Of a DNA stretch of 64,000 nt, positions 39,145 to 52,643 are shown piece after piece. Positions within the stretch are counted from its first letter, which is position 1. The number at the start of each line of letters is the position of its first letter. Below the pieces are notes generated by a model. It was given only the letters and a program-made list of their open reading frames with translations, did not search any database and was not told the origin of the DNA. Location of the stretch: assembly GCA_004022145.1 (NCBI GenBank), contig RCNU01000001.1. One strand, given 5' to 3'. Source of the stretch: Paecilomyces variotii (Eukaryota). A program made the translations under genes and the position numbers.

Positions 39145-40121
39145 TCAATCCCGGCCATAACTGATCTTCAACCTCTTCGCCGGCGGCTTCGACCCATCCT
39201 CACCACCTCCGTCACCATCGTCGTCGTTATTCTTATCTTTGTCCTTGTTGCCATTCTCCCGCGCCGCAGAACCTCCACCGCTGGATTTCTTCTTGTTCTT
39301 CGACGCCGTAGATCCGCTCTTGACACTAGCATTGGCGGATCCAGTACCATCGTTTCCAGATTTATTATTCCCAGAACCACTAGTCGGCCCATTATGTGAA
39401 GACGTAGGAGTTGGAGCGTGGGAGGGCGTTGTTTGTGCGGAAGATGGGGCGGGAGAGTCCTATACAGTGAAAAACATATTAACTTCAGCTTTTATGATAG
39501 TCAGTGCGTCCGTGGGAATTGAGCTGGAAACCCACTCTCATGAAACTCGCTGAACTGCGCGAAAATACTCGATCTTGATCAGACACTTGCGATTTTCGTC
39601 GTGCTGCTACGCCAGCTGCCCCGCCGCCAGTGAGGGCGAGACCACCTGCGCTGAGGCTTGAGCCGCCGGAGGAGCCCTTGATGTAGTTATCGAAACCTTT
39701 GATGATGTTTCCGGCAGTGGTTTCTTCGAGGTAGGATTGCTCGAAACGGTAGATTTGGTCTTCTAGTTGGGCCTTTGAGGGGAGGAAATTGTTAATCTTG
39801 TGTCTGGTATAGCAGTAGGATAGTAGAGCAAGCATGGTGTTGGGATTTCTTTTCTGTTATAGCAAGCCGTGGATCTTGATGGTGATTTTGCTAGGATTGA
39901 GGACGTGATAACAGTCAGAGCTATCGCTAAGTGAGACTCACCATGCTCTTATCCATCAACCTCTTCTTCTGCAGCGTATCTCGTAGCTCCCTTCTCAACT
40001 TCTCGTAATATGGCAACCCACGATTTGTCGCATTCTGCTCCGCACCGCCGCCAGGTCCTGTAGTGACTGTTGCACTGGCGCCGCCAGGCGTAGACGTCGT
40101 GGGGGGGATGTTCTCCGTCAT
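39145..40121 (-). CDS. eaf6: NuA4 histone acetyltransferase subunit Eaf6
   Basis: LRRELRDTLQKKRLMDKSM / AQLEDQIYRFEQSYLEETTAGNIIKGFDNYIK...DRVFSRSS; final exon ends KRLKISYGRD*. Confidence 0.92.
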
Positions 40122-40556
40122 TGTGCTGCTCCAGAGACTAGACAATGACTGTCCAACTGAGTCTCAAAAAGATTGACTGGAGAAAGAAAGAAATACCGGG
40201 CAGAAACCACCAGAGAATCCGGGGGAGGACTGGCCAGCAACTGGCGGAGCTGTCGCGCAAGGCCGCAAGGTGAAAGCAAGTCGAGACCGGCGTTTGCGCG
40301 GTTTGCATTGCCGTGTTAGTATTAGCTGTCTGGGGATCACGGAGGGGTGTTTCATGGCCTCGTCATCCAGCTTGGGGAGAACGCAGAGGAACAAGTTGTC
40401 GTTCTGTTGATGGTCTACTGCAATTCTACTGTTCTCATTGATTCTTGATCGTTCATCTATCAATCAACTCACGGGATTGAGTTGATCGTTCCATAAACCA
40501 CTCTAACATAAACCACCCTAACATCGGACAACTACCCGTCTCCTGATAACAACAAC

Positions 40557-41479
40557 ATGGACCACTCGATGCATCACGCGGGAATGGACATGGACCATGG
40601 CCATATGGGCCATGGGGACATGGATATGGGTGGCAAGTGCAATATGAATGTAAGAAACACCATTAACATGGAAATATCTTCCTTCTATATCCAATCCCTA
40701 GCTAATGTCCATCGCTCTCTAGATGCTGTTTACCTGGTCCACTAAAGACCTCTGTATCATTTTCCCCCAATGGCACATCACCGGTGCATTTTCTCTCCTC
40801 GTTTCCCTCGTTGCTATCGTCCTCTTGACTGCCGGATACGAAGGCCTTCGTGAAGCTACCCGCCGATACGAAGCATCTCATGCGCAGCGCCTGAAAGCGT
40901 TCTCCGCTCCCATCAACCCTGCAGGTACGTAATACTGTTTCATTTCTTCTGGATATCGACTCTCAAACCCAGAGTTCTCTCTATAAACACATCGTTCATG
41001 GGACATATATATGTCTATGTGTTTTCTGCATATCTTTTGGAACCTGCCGTTCCTCGCTCGCTGAAGCTCTGACGTCCCCTCAAAAGACGATGAGATCGCC
41101 GACGAGTCGGGCACAATCCCCCCACCTGTTCCTGTTGCAGGTGCCAATCTCAACGGCCGCAGAAACGAGACGCGCTCACTACTTGTAGGCTGGGATAGTA
41201 AGAGAGCGGCGGAGCAGAGAGGGAAGCTCACCATGGCGGCGCTGTATGCCGTGCAAGTGTTTTATAGCTTTTTCATCATGTGAGTTCATCTGCTAGTCCT
41301 TTTTTTTTGTCTTAGAGATGTCTATGGGAGGGGAAGATGACTAATGGTGTTTAATAAAAAGGCTTCTCTTCATGACTTATAATGGATTTGTTATGCTTGC
41401 GGTTGCGGTTGGTGCTTTCGTTGGTTACCTTACGTTTGGGGGTGCTGCGCCCGCTGCGAAGTCTGTTGCGTGTCATTAA
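40557..41479 (+). CDS. Ctr-family copper transporter (Ctr2-like)
   Basis: His/Met-rich N-terminus (MDHSMHHAGMDMDHGHMGHGDMDM), CNMNMLFTW, MLLFMTYN (MxxxM) and C-terminal ACH; three introns. Confidence 0.92.
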
Positions 41480-41806
41480 TCTGGCTGCGAAGTCGTAAGG
41501 ATACCTAGGAAAGCACTGAAGTATGCTGGGCGACATCATCGTTGGATTACGTTCACCATCGACCTGGTCTTCGATATCTCAGAGATTAAGATCGTGCTCA
41601 AGCATTAGGTATCGTCCCGTATATCGCGTTTTTGCCGCCTCGTCCCTTTGGGGCATCGTACTTGGAAAGCACAGGAGTTGAAGGGGAATTTCGGTTTCAT
41701 TTTCATTTCCTTCATAAATTGCTCTGATGTTGTCCTATTTGGACCTCTGTTATACATTTTCGATAATCATCATCGAGAAATTCGCTCTAGTCTACTTTTT
41801 TATAAA

Positions 41807-43567
41807 TCAAGGAACTTCTACGTCACTTCCATCATCTCCAAATCCAAAGCTGAATCCACCGGCTTCTCCCTCTTCAGCTTCATCGACCTTTCCGTGGACG
41901 ATCTCATCCCATTTCCTCTTCTTGCCCTCTTTCCCCTTCTCTAGGTCCTGCATCGCTCGCTCCAATAGCTCCGGATGCGCTTCCTTCATCCTTGCCACGA
42001 AACGGCCGTAGGGGTCATCCACGTCTTTTCTAAACCCAGACACCTGGTCTGCTTTGTTACTGAGGAAGTCCAGAGCAGCGCTCAGGTGTGAGCGCGGGAT
42101 GAAGTTCTGTGTGATGGCGATAGAAGGTTCGATGTTGACAACCAGATGCCACCAGCCTGAAGGGACGTGGAGGATTTCTCCTTCGCCACATATTCCCTCG
42201 ATGCAGCCTGCAGTTCGACGGGCTTCAGCGTGGAAACCGAGGAGCCACTCCGCGATACTCAGTGGCGATGTCACCTCGCTCTGGTCTGCGGAGACATAGA
42301 CTCCTGGCGGAGGCGGCAAAGTCGACGAAGAGGGGAACATAATCCAATATTTGGAACCGCGGATCACGGCGTTCCATGCACTGGTGGCGTTGGGGTCCTT
42401 GTGGAACGTGCTCCCTGATCGTTCAGGTCCGACGATTAGCCATGCACTGTCCGGACGGTCACGTCCCAGGACTGAAAAGAAATCCTCTCCAAAGCACGGT
42501 GGCGGCCAGTATGCTGCGTCTGGCTCTACATCAGGCTGGCCGACCTTCAGACCCATCTTGGAGATGAAGCTGCGGTCGAAGAGATATAGTGGACTTTCAT
42601 CCTCGTTGTTCTTCATATAGTCAACGTAAGTTTTGAATGGCCAGTCAACGGCCTCTGCTCGAAACTCCGTGTCTCCATATTTGGACAGTAGAGCCTCGGT
42701 AGACCAGTCTTTGAAAACGGGCCACTGTTTCACTGGATCAGTTAGAATGAAAGGTCGATTCGTCCATGATTGCTGGAATTCTTCAGGAGATAAGTCTGGG
42801 AGTCGAGTGATCTGGTTCCGTGCTGGAATATTATTCACATACGGATCCAGCGAGATATGTGCACAATAAAACGGGCGATGTAGGGTATCAGAAAAGAGCT
42901 GGGAGCAGTCTATTGTTGGGACTTGGGACGGAGTGAGGTTTAGATAAGTGGCACGCCATGTCCCTTGCCAAGAAAACGTCTTTGGAGAAGCCCTGGATGT
43001 CCTTCAGTATGTATTACTACTTTTGTAGATGGGAAGTTCCAACGCATGAAATATATCAAATATCCTAAACAAAAAACAAATATCCAAGAAATCGATACTG
43101 TAGTCAGATGGCATGGCAAGAAGGACATGCTATCTCAACCAAATGTGGGTAGTATATTGTTGTTGTTGCATGAAAGTAGAAACTCGTAGATCGAAGGCGA
43201 ACAGTGCACTAACCACTAGGAAAACTTACCGAACAAAAAGCGTCTTCCACAGGTCTTCAGACCGGGTGAAAGCATACAGGGCTTTACAAGTACGACCTAT
43301 GTTCAATAAACTGGCGCTGTCGAGATATTCCAGCAGCATGAGGAGTATCTCATCCGGCAATATGTTGAATGTCCCGATGGCTGTCCGCAAATCCCATGTG
43401 GCCGTGAGACCATTGCCACTCGGCTTCACTCCGAGCGGATGACAGGGAATTGCATCACGGCTGGTCAAAGATGCGCCGACGAGCTGACTGCCATTAGTGA
43501 TATAGGAGGAAGAGAGCTCGAGCTCGTCCTGGCCTGCGTGGCCGGGGAGAGACACACAGACTGTCAT
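41807..43567 (-). CDS. F-box and JmjC domain protein (JMJD6-like)
   Basis: HPLGVKPSGN, F-box LPDEILLMLLEYL, JmjC GSTFHKDPN...VPSGWWHLVVN..AITQNF; one long intron. Confidence 0.9.
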
Positions 43568-44270
43568 GGCCTTTTTTGTTTTCCTTTCCCCGCTTACCCC
43601 CTCTGGGGAGAGTTGGAGTTTGGAAGGTTGACGGTCTGGAGCCCGATTCAAGCCCTAAACATCAACGAACAATATCTGGACCTTGCGCCGGGCTGATTGG
43701 CTGTTGAGTGTCCAGCGGGCATGCAAAACCTACACACAGCAAGTCAGGTTTTGCACGGAGCCAGAGAGATGAGGCACAGCTGTAGACTCTGGAAACCAAT
43801 GGACATCAGCTTACCAGAGGGCCAGATAGACCAGATTAAAAAGTTTTCTCGAGAAGAACGGATTCTGATGGCGAGAGGCGCAGGAGGCGAAAAGGCAACG
43901 AGGGGCTTGGCTTGGCTTGTGGCATGAGCAGCGTTGGCAGATGCGGCGGTTCGGCAGACGGCGCTAAGCATAGAAAATTTCATGGCTTCAGTAAAAAACC
44001 ACTTCCTCCTCCCTCTTCTTCTCCCTCCATCCATCTTCAACTGAAACCCCCGTTTGAACAACAACGCTCTTACTAGATTCCCTTTGTGCTCTCATTCTGT
44101 GAGGGCCGTGGTTCTAGTTTTCACAGACTTCTTCTTCGACGCACAGAAGCCGCTGCGAAATCCTGAGGGATCGTTTGTGGCTCGCAACTTTTTTTCACTT
44201 TCCAAACCAACCCCGCCGTAACACGATCACAGCGCATCGCCTGTGATCCCCTCTTTGCAACACCGCAATC

Positions 44271-45267
44271 ATGGCTTCCAACGACAAGGGTCTCGAGGAA
44301 ATCCCCGAAGGTATGTGCCCAATATTCCCTTTTCTCGTTCTTGTTTTTTTCCTGGTCGCATTTCGCACTTTGCGCCTGTGGCGATAGAGCGCACTCTGTC
44401 ATGTTATCGCACCGCCATGGAAGAAAATGTGAAAACAGGAGACTGACTGCAATGCGTGATCACAGGTCAGATCGAGTCCAACTACGATGAGGTCACCGAC
44501 TCCTTCGACGCCATGAACCTGAAGCCTGAGCTTCTCCGTGGTGTCTACGCCTACGGTTTCGAGCGTCCCTCTGCTATCCAGCAGCGTGCTATCATGCCCG
44601 TCATCAAGGGTAGGTTCCCCCGACAAAAATTCTTTTGACAAGAGAGGGGTAGGAACATGTTCTAACGACTGCCTCAGGATCCGACGTTATCGCCCAGGCC
44701 CAGTCCGGTACCGGAAAGACTGCTACCTTCTCGATCTCCGCTCTCCAGAAGATCGACCAGAACCTCAAGGCTTGCCAGGCTCTCATTCTGGCCCCTACTC
44801 GTGAGCTTGCTCAGCAGATCCAGAAGGTCGTTGTCGCCATCGGTGACTTCATGAGCATTGAGTGCCACGCCTGTATCGGTGGTACCAACGTCCGTGAGGA
44901 CATGAAGGCTCTCCAGGAGGGTCCCCAGGTCGTTGTCGGTACCCCTGGTCGTGTCCACGACATGATCCAGCGCCGTGTCCTCAAGACCGACCACATGAAG
45001 ATGTTCGTCCTCGACGAGGCCGATGAGATGCTTTCTCGTGGTTTCACCGAGCAGATCTACGACATCTTCCAGCTGCTGCCTCAGTCGACCCAGGTCGTCC
45101 TGCTGTCCGCCACCATGCCCCAGGACGTCCTCGAGGTCACCACCAAGTTCATGCGCGACCCCGTCCGTATCCTGGTCAAGAAGGCTGAGCTTACCCTCGA
45201 GGGTATCAAGCAGTTCTACATTGCCGTCGAGAAAGAGGAGTGGAAGCTCGACACCCTCTCCGACTTG

Positions 45268-45306
<39 letters not shown>

Positions 45307-45463
45307 AACACCCGCCGGAAGGTCGACTGGCTCACCGACAAGCTCACTGCCCGTGACTTCACTGTCTCCGCCATGCACGGTGATATGGAGCAGGCCCAGC
45401 GTGATGTCATCATGAAGGAGTTCCGCTCTGGATCTTCTCGTGTCCTGATCGCTACCGACCTTC

Positions 45464-45495
<32 letters not shown>

Positions 45496-45749
45496 CTGGT
45501 CATCAACTACGACCTCCCCGCCAACCGTGAGAACTACATCCACCGTATCGGTCGTGGTGGTCGTTTCGGTCGTAAGGGTGTTGCCATCAACTTCGTCACC
45601 GCTGACGATGTCCGCATGATGCGTGAGATCGAGCAGTTCTACAGCACCCAGATCGAGGAGATGCCCATGAACGTTGCTGGTAAGTTCAACCGACCTTTAC
45701 TCTGCCATTCCCCGTCAGATACTAACTATCGCGTGCAGATCTCATCTAA
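44271..45749 (+). CDS. tif1: Translation initiation factor eIF4A (DEAD-box RNA helicase)
   Basis: [38 protein letters not shown] and [13 protein letters not shown]; strong C/G-ending codon bias; three introns. Confidence 0.97.
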
Positions 45750-46747
45750 ACACCTTTCCTATTTCAAACATCTTGCTTTCCCTTCCGAGGCTGTCGCAGT
45801 ACACTCATGAGTTCGGCCCTCGTGGGGGGAGCTCGACGGGGAGTCAGTGACCTTCGTGGCTGCTGGCTGTGGCAGAAATTCAAAAGTGGCTTTCCTATGT
45901 CCGGCATGTAATTTTTCTGCTGAGGATGGGCTGCGCGGTGCGTTATGTTGTCTGCCAGCGCCATCTGTTTCCTTTGTACTGCATGTGTGGATCTTCCTAC
46001 TTCGCTTGTGTTTATTCGCTCTATTTCACGGTTTTTAGCTGCATGTCTTTTCCTTCGCTTTCTCTGGGCTCTGCTTCTTTGGTTAAGCATTTCCGTCGTA
46101 CTTAATCGAGGAGCCGGAGCAAAAGAGGCGATTAGTTCATTCGGGCGCTTTTTCATGTCTTCTCCCATGAACAGACGAGGCAGTTTGGCGAACGAATGAA
46201 TGATGACGACACGGGTGGTTGCTACCTGCTTTCATTGCAATAGATAGAGGTAAATGCCCATTCAGAACCACTCAATTTCACGTATTTATCCTTTCAATTG
46301 TTCCATGTGTAACATAATCGGGTTGTAGCTGGTGAAGTCTCTGGGCTGGCAGCCCTGGAGCAGGGTCGCTCCTTCTTTCGCGGGACTGGCTCCTGCCGTT
46401 TTCGAAGCGGGATGTCGCCTGTGTTGATTTACTCCATCTTGTCCCCCTCAAGACTGGTAGGATTGCGACTGTTCTTTACTTTTTCTTTTCACGGTATAGA
46501 TTTCCTCTCACTTTATAATTAATCAATTAACCAAGGTTGCATTCTCAAGCTGCGGTCCGTTGCTGAAGTATAGTCTTCCACCATGGTTCACCACTGCTGC
46601 CTCGCACAACAGTCCTGAATTATTACGTATTGAGCATGTTCCAGACAGACCTCTGAGACTACAGCCAGAAACACGCTCCCTTTGGATACAACTCATCTTC
46701 TCAATTCGCCCCTTCAGATCCCAATCCTCCAAAGCCACGCCGCCATC

Positions 46748-48003
46748 ATGGCATCACGGGACTCCCAGGATACAGCCGTCGATAGGGACAACAGCCCCCC
46801 TTCCATCTTGTGGGCCCATCAAATACGTCGTGAAAATACTCATCTAGCGGACAAGATGGATGACCTAGCCACCCTTGTATCCTCCACAGTTGAGGCGGCA
46901 GTTGCAGGAAGGAACAGCGTGGAACAACTTCATACAACCGCAAAAGGCCTGTTGGACGATAATAGATCGTTACGAGAGCGGCTTGCAACCCTGGAACGAG
47001 CGAACACTGAGATCAAATTACGAATGGAGAACTTGGAACGTGATAACGAACGGCTCCACGACGTACTTGATGTGATGGACCGAAAGTGGACCAATAGGCT
47101 CAAGGAAGAGATCACGGTGCTGCGGGATATGAAGAAAGATATTTTGACAGAGGCTGAGGAAATGCTGGAGCTGCAACACACGACAATAGATTTGCGGTTT
47201 GAGGCAGTCGATTTGCGCATTGGGGCAATTCTGGATATTGTCAAGGCTGGTATGTAGGTCAGATCGATGGTTTATTGTTATTCGTTCTCTTGCATAGTTT
47301 GACGGGAAGAATGTAACTATGTCTCTCGTGTATGGATCGGTGGTAGCAGTTATCACTCTTTTTCGTTTTGGCAATGATGAATGAACTTCGTTAATTGGAA
47401 CATATAGGCCGCGAGAAACGATGCCAGGCATTCCAGAACTCTCCCATCAGCTCCCCCACTTCATGTGTCACGCGGGAAAGGCCGCCACAACAGCTTGATG
47501 AAGATAATACCACTCTAGTTCCTGACTCCATGCCTTCGGCTCATTCTATTCTTACGGCAGCAGAGCAGGCCCCTGAGTATCCCGCGGAACCGTTCAAACA
47601 TCTACACGAAGATACCAAGCAAACATTATCGACCTTCCAGCAGAACAAGAGAAGCCTGGTAGACTACCTTTCTTCTGCAGAGGAAGCTCGCATGCAGCTT
47701 CCTCGACGCGAACAAGAGAGTATTGCAGTTGAAAAGTTCCTCGATGGCCTTGTGGATAAGAACCTGAAGGCGATTCTCGAGAAAAGAATAGACGATAAAG
47801 GATGGACATGGGAGATTCTCAGGGAATCCTGCTTGCAGATATCGGTTCAGCAGGAGCCCGAAAAGCGAAATGACATAGTGGTTGCCTTTGATAATAGACC
47901 GGCGGAGGCTAAACAAAAGATGAGAGACGGTAAAGGAGTCAAAGTCAAAAGGAGAAAACGAAGATGTATATCTCTTGTGCCAACGGACGAGAGTGGTCTG
48001 TAA
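46748..48003 (+). CDS. Hypothetical protein with N-terminal coiled coil and a C-terminal Gag-MHR-like segment
   Basis: Exon 1 PSILWAHQIRREN followed by heptad repeats; intron from about 47250; exon 2 ends in a basic NLS-like KVKRRKRR. Confidence 0.65.
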
Positions 48004-48149
48004 AGGAGATGATCGTAAAACACATGCTTTGAGGTTCTAGCCTGACCAATTAATTCAACGTGTGAAGGTTTTCATACTTACACTAGTAGCAACTCCTGCT
48101 TCTGGTATATACATAAGATCAACTTAGCATCTCATCTATTTCGGATAAT

Positions 48150-49115
48150 TCAAGTCTCCTTAAATTCATAGCGTCCTTCCCGCTCTTTCACCTCGACCTC
48201 GATTCTGCCCTCGGGAATCTCTTTCCCGTTGACCTCAATGGCGGCCCTCATGATGTCGCCAGGCTTCACTTGTCCAACCCCCTTGGGCGTTCCCGTCAGG
48301 ACCAAGTCTCCAGGCTCCAGGGTCATGACCCGCGAGATATCTGCCAATTGACGAGGAATACGGAACAGCATCAATCCAGTTGAATCCGACTGTCGCACCT
48401 CGTCGCCAACGCTCAAACGCAGCAACGCGTCATGTGGATCGGGAATCGCAGATTTAGGAATGCGCTCCGAGATAGGCAAGAAGGTATCGAAGCCCTTGGC
48501 GATCGACCAGGGGAGACCCTTCTTCTTAGCCTCATCCTGAACATTACGAGCCGTCATATCAATGGCAAGGACATAGCCTATAGCACACAAAAACAATCAG
48601 TCTCCTTGCAAAACAATATAGGGAACCAAAAAGAGCCCTCGCAATATGTTTAAAACCTAGGGAGGGGGGAATCGCACTATCGATAGCATCCAATGCGCCC
48701 TGATGATCCTCAGGATCCAGATCCCGAACTGTCTTTCCGATCACGAGACCCAGCTCGACTTCATAGTGTAGGCTGACGCCCTTGGGGCGCAGCACTGGTC
48801 CTTGACCCGGGATGAGAATTGACGATGGCGGCTTCAGGAAGAAGAAAGGTTGCTTGGGACGTGTGTTGTTCAGCTCGGTGACGTGGTCTCTGGTGGGTGG
48901 GTTCGGTGTTAGTGACTGGTTGCGACGGATAACAAGGAGAGGGAGAGAAGGTTCAATTGAGACTCTCGATCTGCGATCTAGAAGTATTGCCAACGGTTCC
49001 AGAGCTCCAATTGAGAGCAAAGGGTAAAGACAAAAAGAAAAAAGGATCGAACATACGCATAATTCCTCCCAATGCACATCACCTTCCTGCAATTGGCCCT
49101 GATAGAAGCTGCCAT
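48150..49115 (-). CDS. Fumarylacetoacetate-hydrolase family protein (FAHD1/Fmp41-like)
   Basis: CIGRNYADH, FFLKPPSS, LHYEVELG, IDMTARNVQ, AKGFDTF and GDLVLTGTPKGVG; two introns. Confidence 0.93.
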
Positions 49116-50145
49116 TTTGGCTATTATATCCTTCTCTGGACCTTCGCGCTCCTGTCGCGATTGCAGAAATATAAAATAAATGATATCAAGACTGCAGGAA
49201 GGATATGGTACAATATGAAGCAAGAGTGGGAAAGATAAGTTATAATACCAATGCTCCGTCGCAGAGTGACTTTCCCCTCCGCAGCTACGGAGATCGGCCG
49301 AGTAGCCGCAGCGGAGTCGCGACTTGACTCCCCGAATTATCCGTGCCGGGAGACCTCCCGAGTAGATAGGCCGGATAAATGTAAACTTACCAAGAGATGT
49401 GATTCTGTTGATGATTTTTCGTGGGGAATATTGCGGATTTGATTGGGCTATGTGGATATTCCAGCTTGCTTTTCTTTCGCTTTAAGTTATGGATGGGATT
49501 TCTCGTCTTATTGGTGTCTTGTGGAACAGATTTGTATATATTCTTTTCCGATACAGCAGCAACTGCTTTTCAGAGCCACCAAATTGATAACCCATAGATT
49601 AGCCCAGAATTTGATCACCTAACTGATCAGCTGGGACGATCCGAAATAGCAGGGAAGCCATCCTATAGATTGAACCTCCTGGTGGAGGTTGTTTGCTCGA
49701 CCCTAGATCCGGGGGGAGGTGGATCTCATATTTATATCCTAAGCGTACAAGGAATAGATCCATAACAATTCAGTAAGATCTGTCTTATGATCTAGGTGAT
49801 CAGGATGGTAAAAACAGTCAAGAAACTTGATGCAAACAGTTGATATGAGATGAGAGATCACATGCACGAATCTTTGTGCGCCGACATATCCCTCGGTAGT
49901 AAGTGCTATCGAAGGAATGCCTGCATTATCATTAACTGCTGTGAATCAATTGTGGAACGAAGGCCTTTGTACACTAGTCGCAGTCAAAATGATAGTCTTT
50001 CTTTGTGATACATTGTTTCCGTTTGATGGCCTAATTTATTTATTTCCATTTCAGCTGAATGGCATTGTTATTGAGCACATCATGTATATCGTTCCACAAG
50101 ACATCCCACGGCATCTAGATCTTAGCAAAAATATCCCTGAATTTT

Positions 50146-51321
50146 TCATGCCATCTGGCTCTTAAGGTTCATCTTCTCGTTCCTTCCCCAGAGCGCTAAC
50201 CAATCCTGGATTGAAGAAGCGACAGTTTTCAACTCGGTAAGACAAGCATCGCGTACATTATCGCTCTGGATAACCTGCAGAGCCATTCGGATATTCCGTG
50301 CAGAACCACATTCCAATGCCTTAGCCACCCACTCCCCTTTGGGTGCACTTAATGACAGTATAATCGGATATGAAAGCTCTTGGTTACGCAAATCTTCAGC
50401 AATGGCACCCTTGGCTTTTGCGTAATCTGAAGAGTAGACATTCTTGCAGTCATTTTGTAGCTGGGAATACCATCTGCGGAAATGCTAAGTCAGAAATATT
50501 CCCACATGTCATCGTCAAACGAGAGAAGACACATTCAACTCACGCGATGGCAGTCATTGTCTTATCGGCGGAATGGTCTTCAAGAACGAGCTGGCCAAGC
50601 AATCGAAACAAGCTACCCGTCTTCAAGGATGCCATTTCTCGATACACCTGTAGCCGTTCCTCCTTCTGCGACGGAAGACTGGAAAGACCGTCCCTCCGCC
50701 AAATCAGAGACATGTCTTGTCCGTGGAGAATGTCTTCTAGATTCTGCATGAGAAATGGCGCAAGGGTTGGGAACTGCTGAACTGTCATGTTGAGGATTTC
50801 AGTCACTCTGTAGTATGCCCGATTGGCGGTTTCGGAACGACCGTAGATTCGGTGGGCGGCTGGTTTGCCTTTTCGGTAGCTGCTATTGTCGGATATCTAT
50901 AGCATAATGATAGATGAAACGTTAGTTCATCGAGAATCTTGGGTATCAATGAGATCATAGAAGTTTTGTAGGATGAAAGGCCTCTCACATCGTCGACCAA
51001 CATTAGACACAGGTGAATTGCATCCATAATCTCCAGAACCCCGACATATTTATCCGGATCCTCTTTTTCCAAGTTTGGAGAAAGCTTCTTTACGAATGGT
51101 GCCCAGTGATGCTTTCCATATGCCTGGCGAATATAAGCGTAGGGACATTCTTCAGAAGTTATCCGTTGCGGTTTTCTTGGACCGATGATTAAAGATCTCT
51201 TGGAATTCAACCACATAGGTGGCATGCGATCCAGGACTGTGTGAATGCCGAAGATAATAATGGTACCAAACACAATACCCCAGGGTAACAGAGTACAGTT
51301 GGCATCACGAAGTTTATCCAT
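50146..51321 (-). CDS. paxC: Indole geranylgeranyltransferase, PaxC/AtmC-like (idtC)
   Basis: Three exons read [83 protein letters not shown] and [22 protein letters not shown], matching PaxC-family motifs; no stops or frameshifts seen. Confidence 0.92.
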
Positions 51322-51853
51322 CGTTGACTCATAATATGGTTAAGATGAATGTTTATGTTGAAGCATAGAATACTGTCAGTTCTCGAAGGCGTGTTCTTAT
51401 AGTACTTGCAGTATCTGAAACTTCGTCTATTTCATCTTACACAAAGACCATGCGATTAATTTTATTCTGTACGACGTGCAATATAGCCTTGAACAACGAA
51501 CGCTTCGATCCTAGGATTATGCAAGTTGCCGTTGGAAATTTCTTTTCATTAGTGAACAACAGCTTGTATCCCAAAAACTTCACTTTTCGTGATTGACTGT
51601 GCCTGTCATACCTTGGATCTGCATGGTGTAACACACAGCATATTACTCGAAACCTGGGTCTGTATTCGACCCTCGAGGCAAGCACACATAGGGACTGAAA
51701 TATCGTTAGAGCTATATTGTCGGAAGCTCCTCATTTTTGATAACCAAGCAGACTCCTCCCGTCTCGCTAATCAAACATCTACATTTTATTTTTGTTGGCA
51801 CCAATATATCCGCTAAAGAGCTTCAATAGCTCCATCGCCCATTTGACTCAATC

Positions 51854-52643
51854 ATGAACCGATTCGATGTCTCTCAAGCACCTCCTGAATACCGCGAAGT
51901 GGAATGGATCTCCAACATCTTCGTTGCAGGAATGGGCATAGGCTGGATCATCAATTACGTCGGCATGGTCTATCAATCTTTCCACGACAGAACATACTCA
52001 ATGGCAATTTTCCCTCTCTGTTGTAACATCGCCTGGGAGATAGTATACGGCTTAATCTACCCTTCTAACGATCTCATTGAGAAAGGTGCATGCGTCACAG
52101 GCCTGGCCATCAATTTCGCCATAATATATGCCGCGGTGCGGTTCGCACCTAACGAATGGACTCACTCCCCCTTGCTGATGCGCAATATGCCCTTGATCTT
52201 CTTCGTCGGGATTCTAGTATGCATTACTGGCCATCTTGCGTTGGCTGCTGAGATCGGGTATCCACTTGCCATCTCATGGGGTGCAGCATTATGCCAAATG
52301 ATGCTGAGCATCGGGGGCCTTTGTCAGTTACTCTGTCGGAATAGTTCGCGCGGCGCATCGTATACTCTTTGGTGAGTCTAGTCTAGGATATGGCTCCAGC
52401 CATGAACGGTAGCTAACTACCTAATTTATCGCTAGGCTCTCTCGCTTCATAGGTTCAGCATGCGTTGTTGTTTTCGGTTGGCTTCGATACTTTTACTGGT
52501 ACGAGGCGTTCTCTTGGCTTAATAGCCCACTGGTATGGTGGTGTTTGGCGGTTTTCTTTGCCGTTGACGGTTCTTATGGAGTATGTTTGTACTATATTAA
52601 GCGCGAGGAGTCGGTGCAGAAGATGAAGCAGAAACACATCTAG
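51854..52643 (+). CDS. paxB: Integral-membrane indole-diterpene cyclase, PaxB/AtmB-like (idtB)
   Basis: MNRFDVSQAPPEY, GMGIGWIINY, PLCCNIAWEIVY (conserved Glu), RGASYTLW/LSRFIGS, WLNSPL and VDGSYG (conserved Asp); single intron about 52372-52435. Confidence 0.95.

Noticed and set aside
44674-45543. 289-aa antisense ORF over eIF4A
   Set aside because: Shadow ORF caused by strong codon bias of a highly expressed gene; no recognisable protein.
48150-49115. FAH-family hydrolase as a cluster member
   Set aside because: Looks like the conserved housekeeping FAHD1/Fmp41 orthologue; no known role in IDT pathways.
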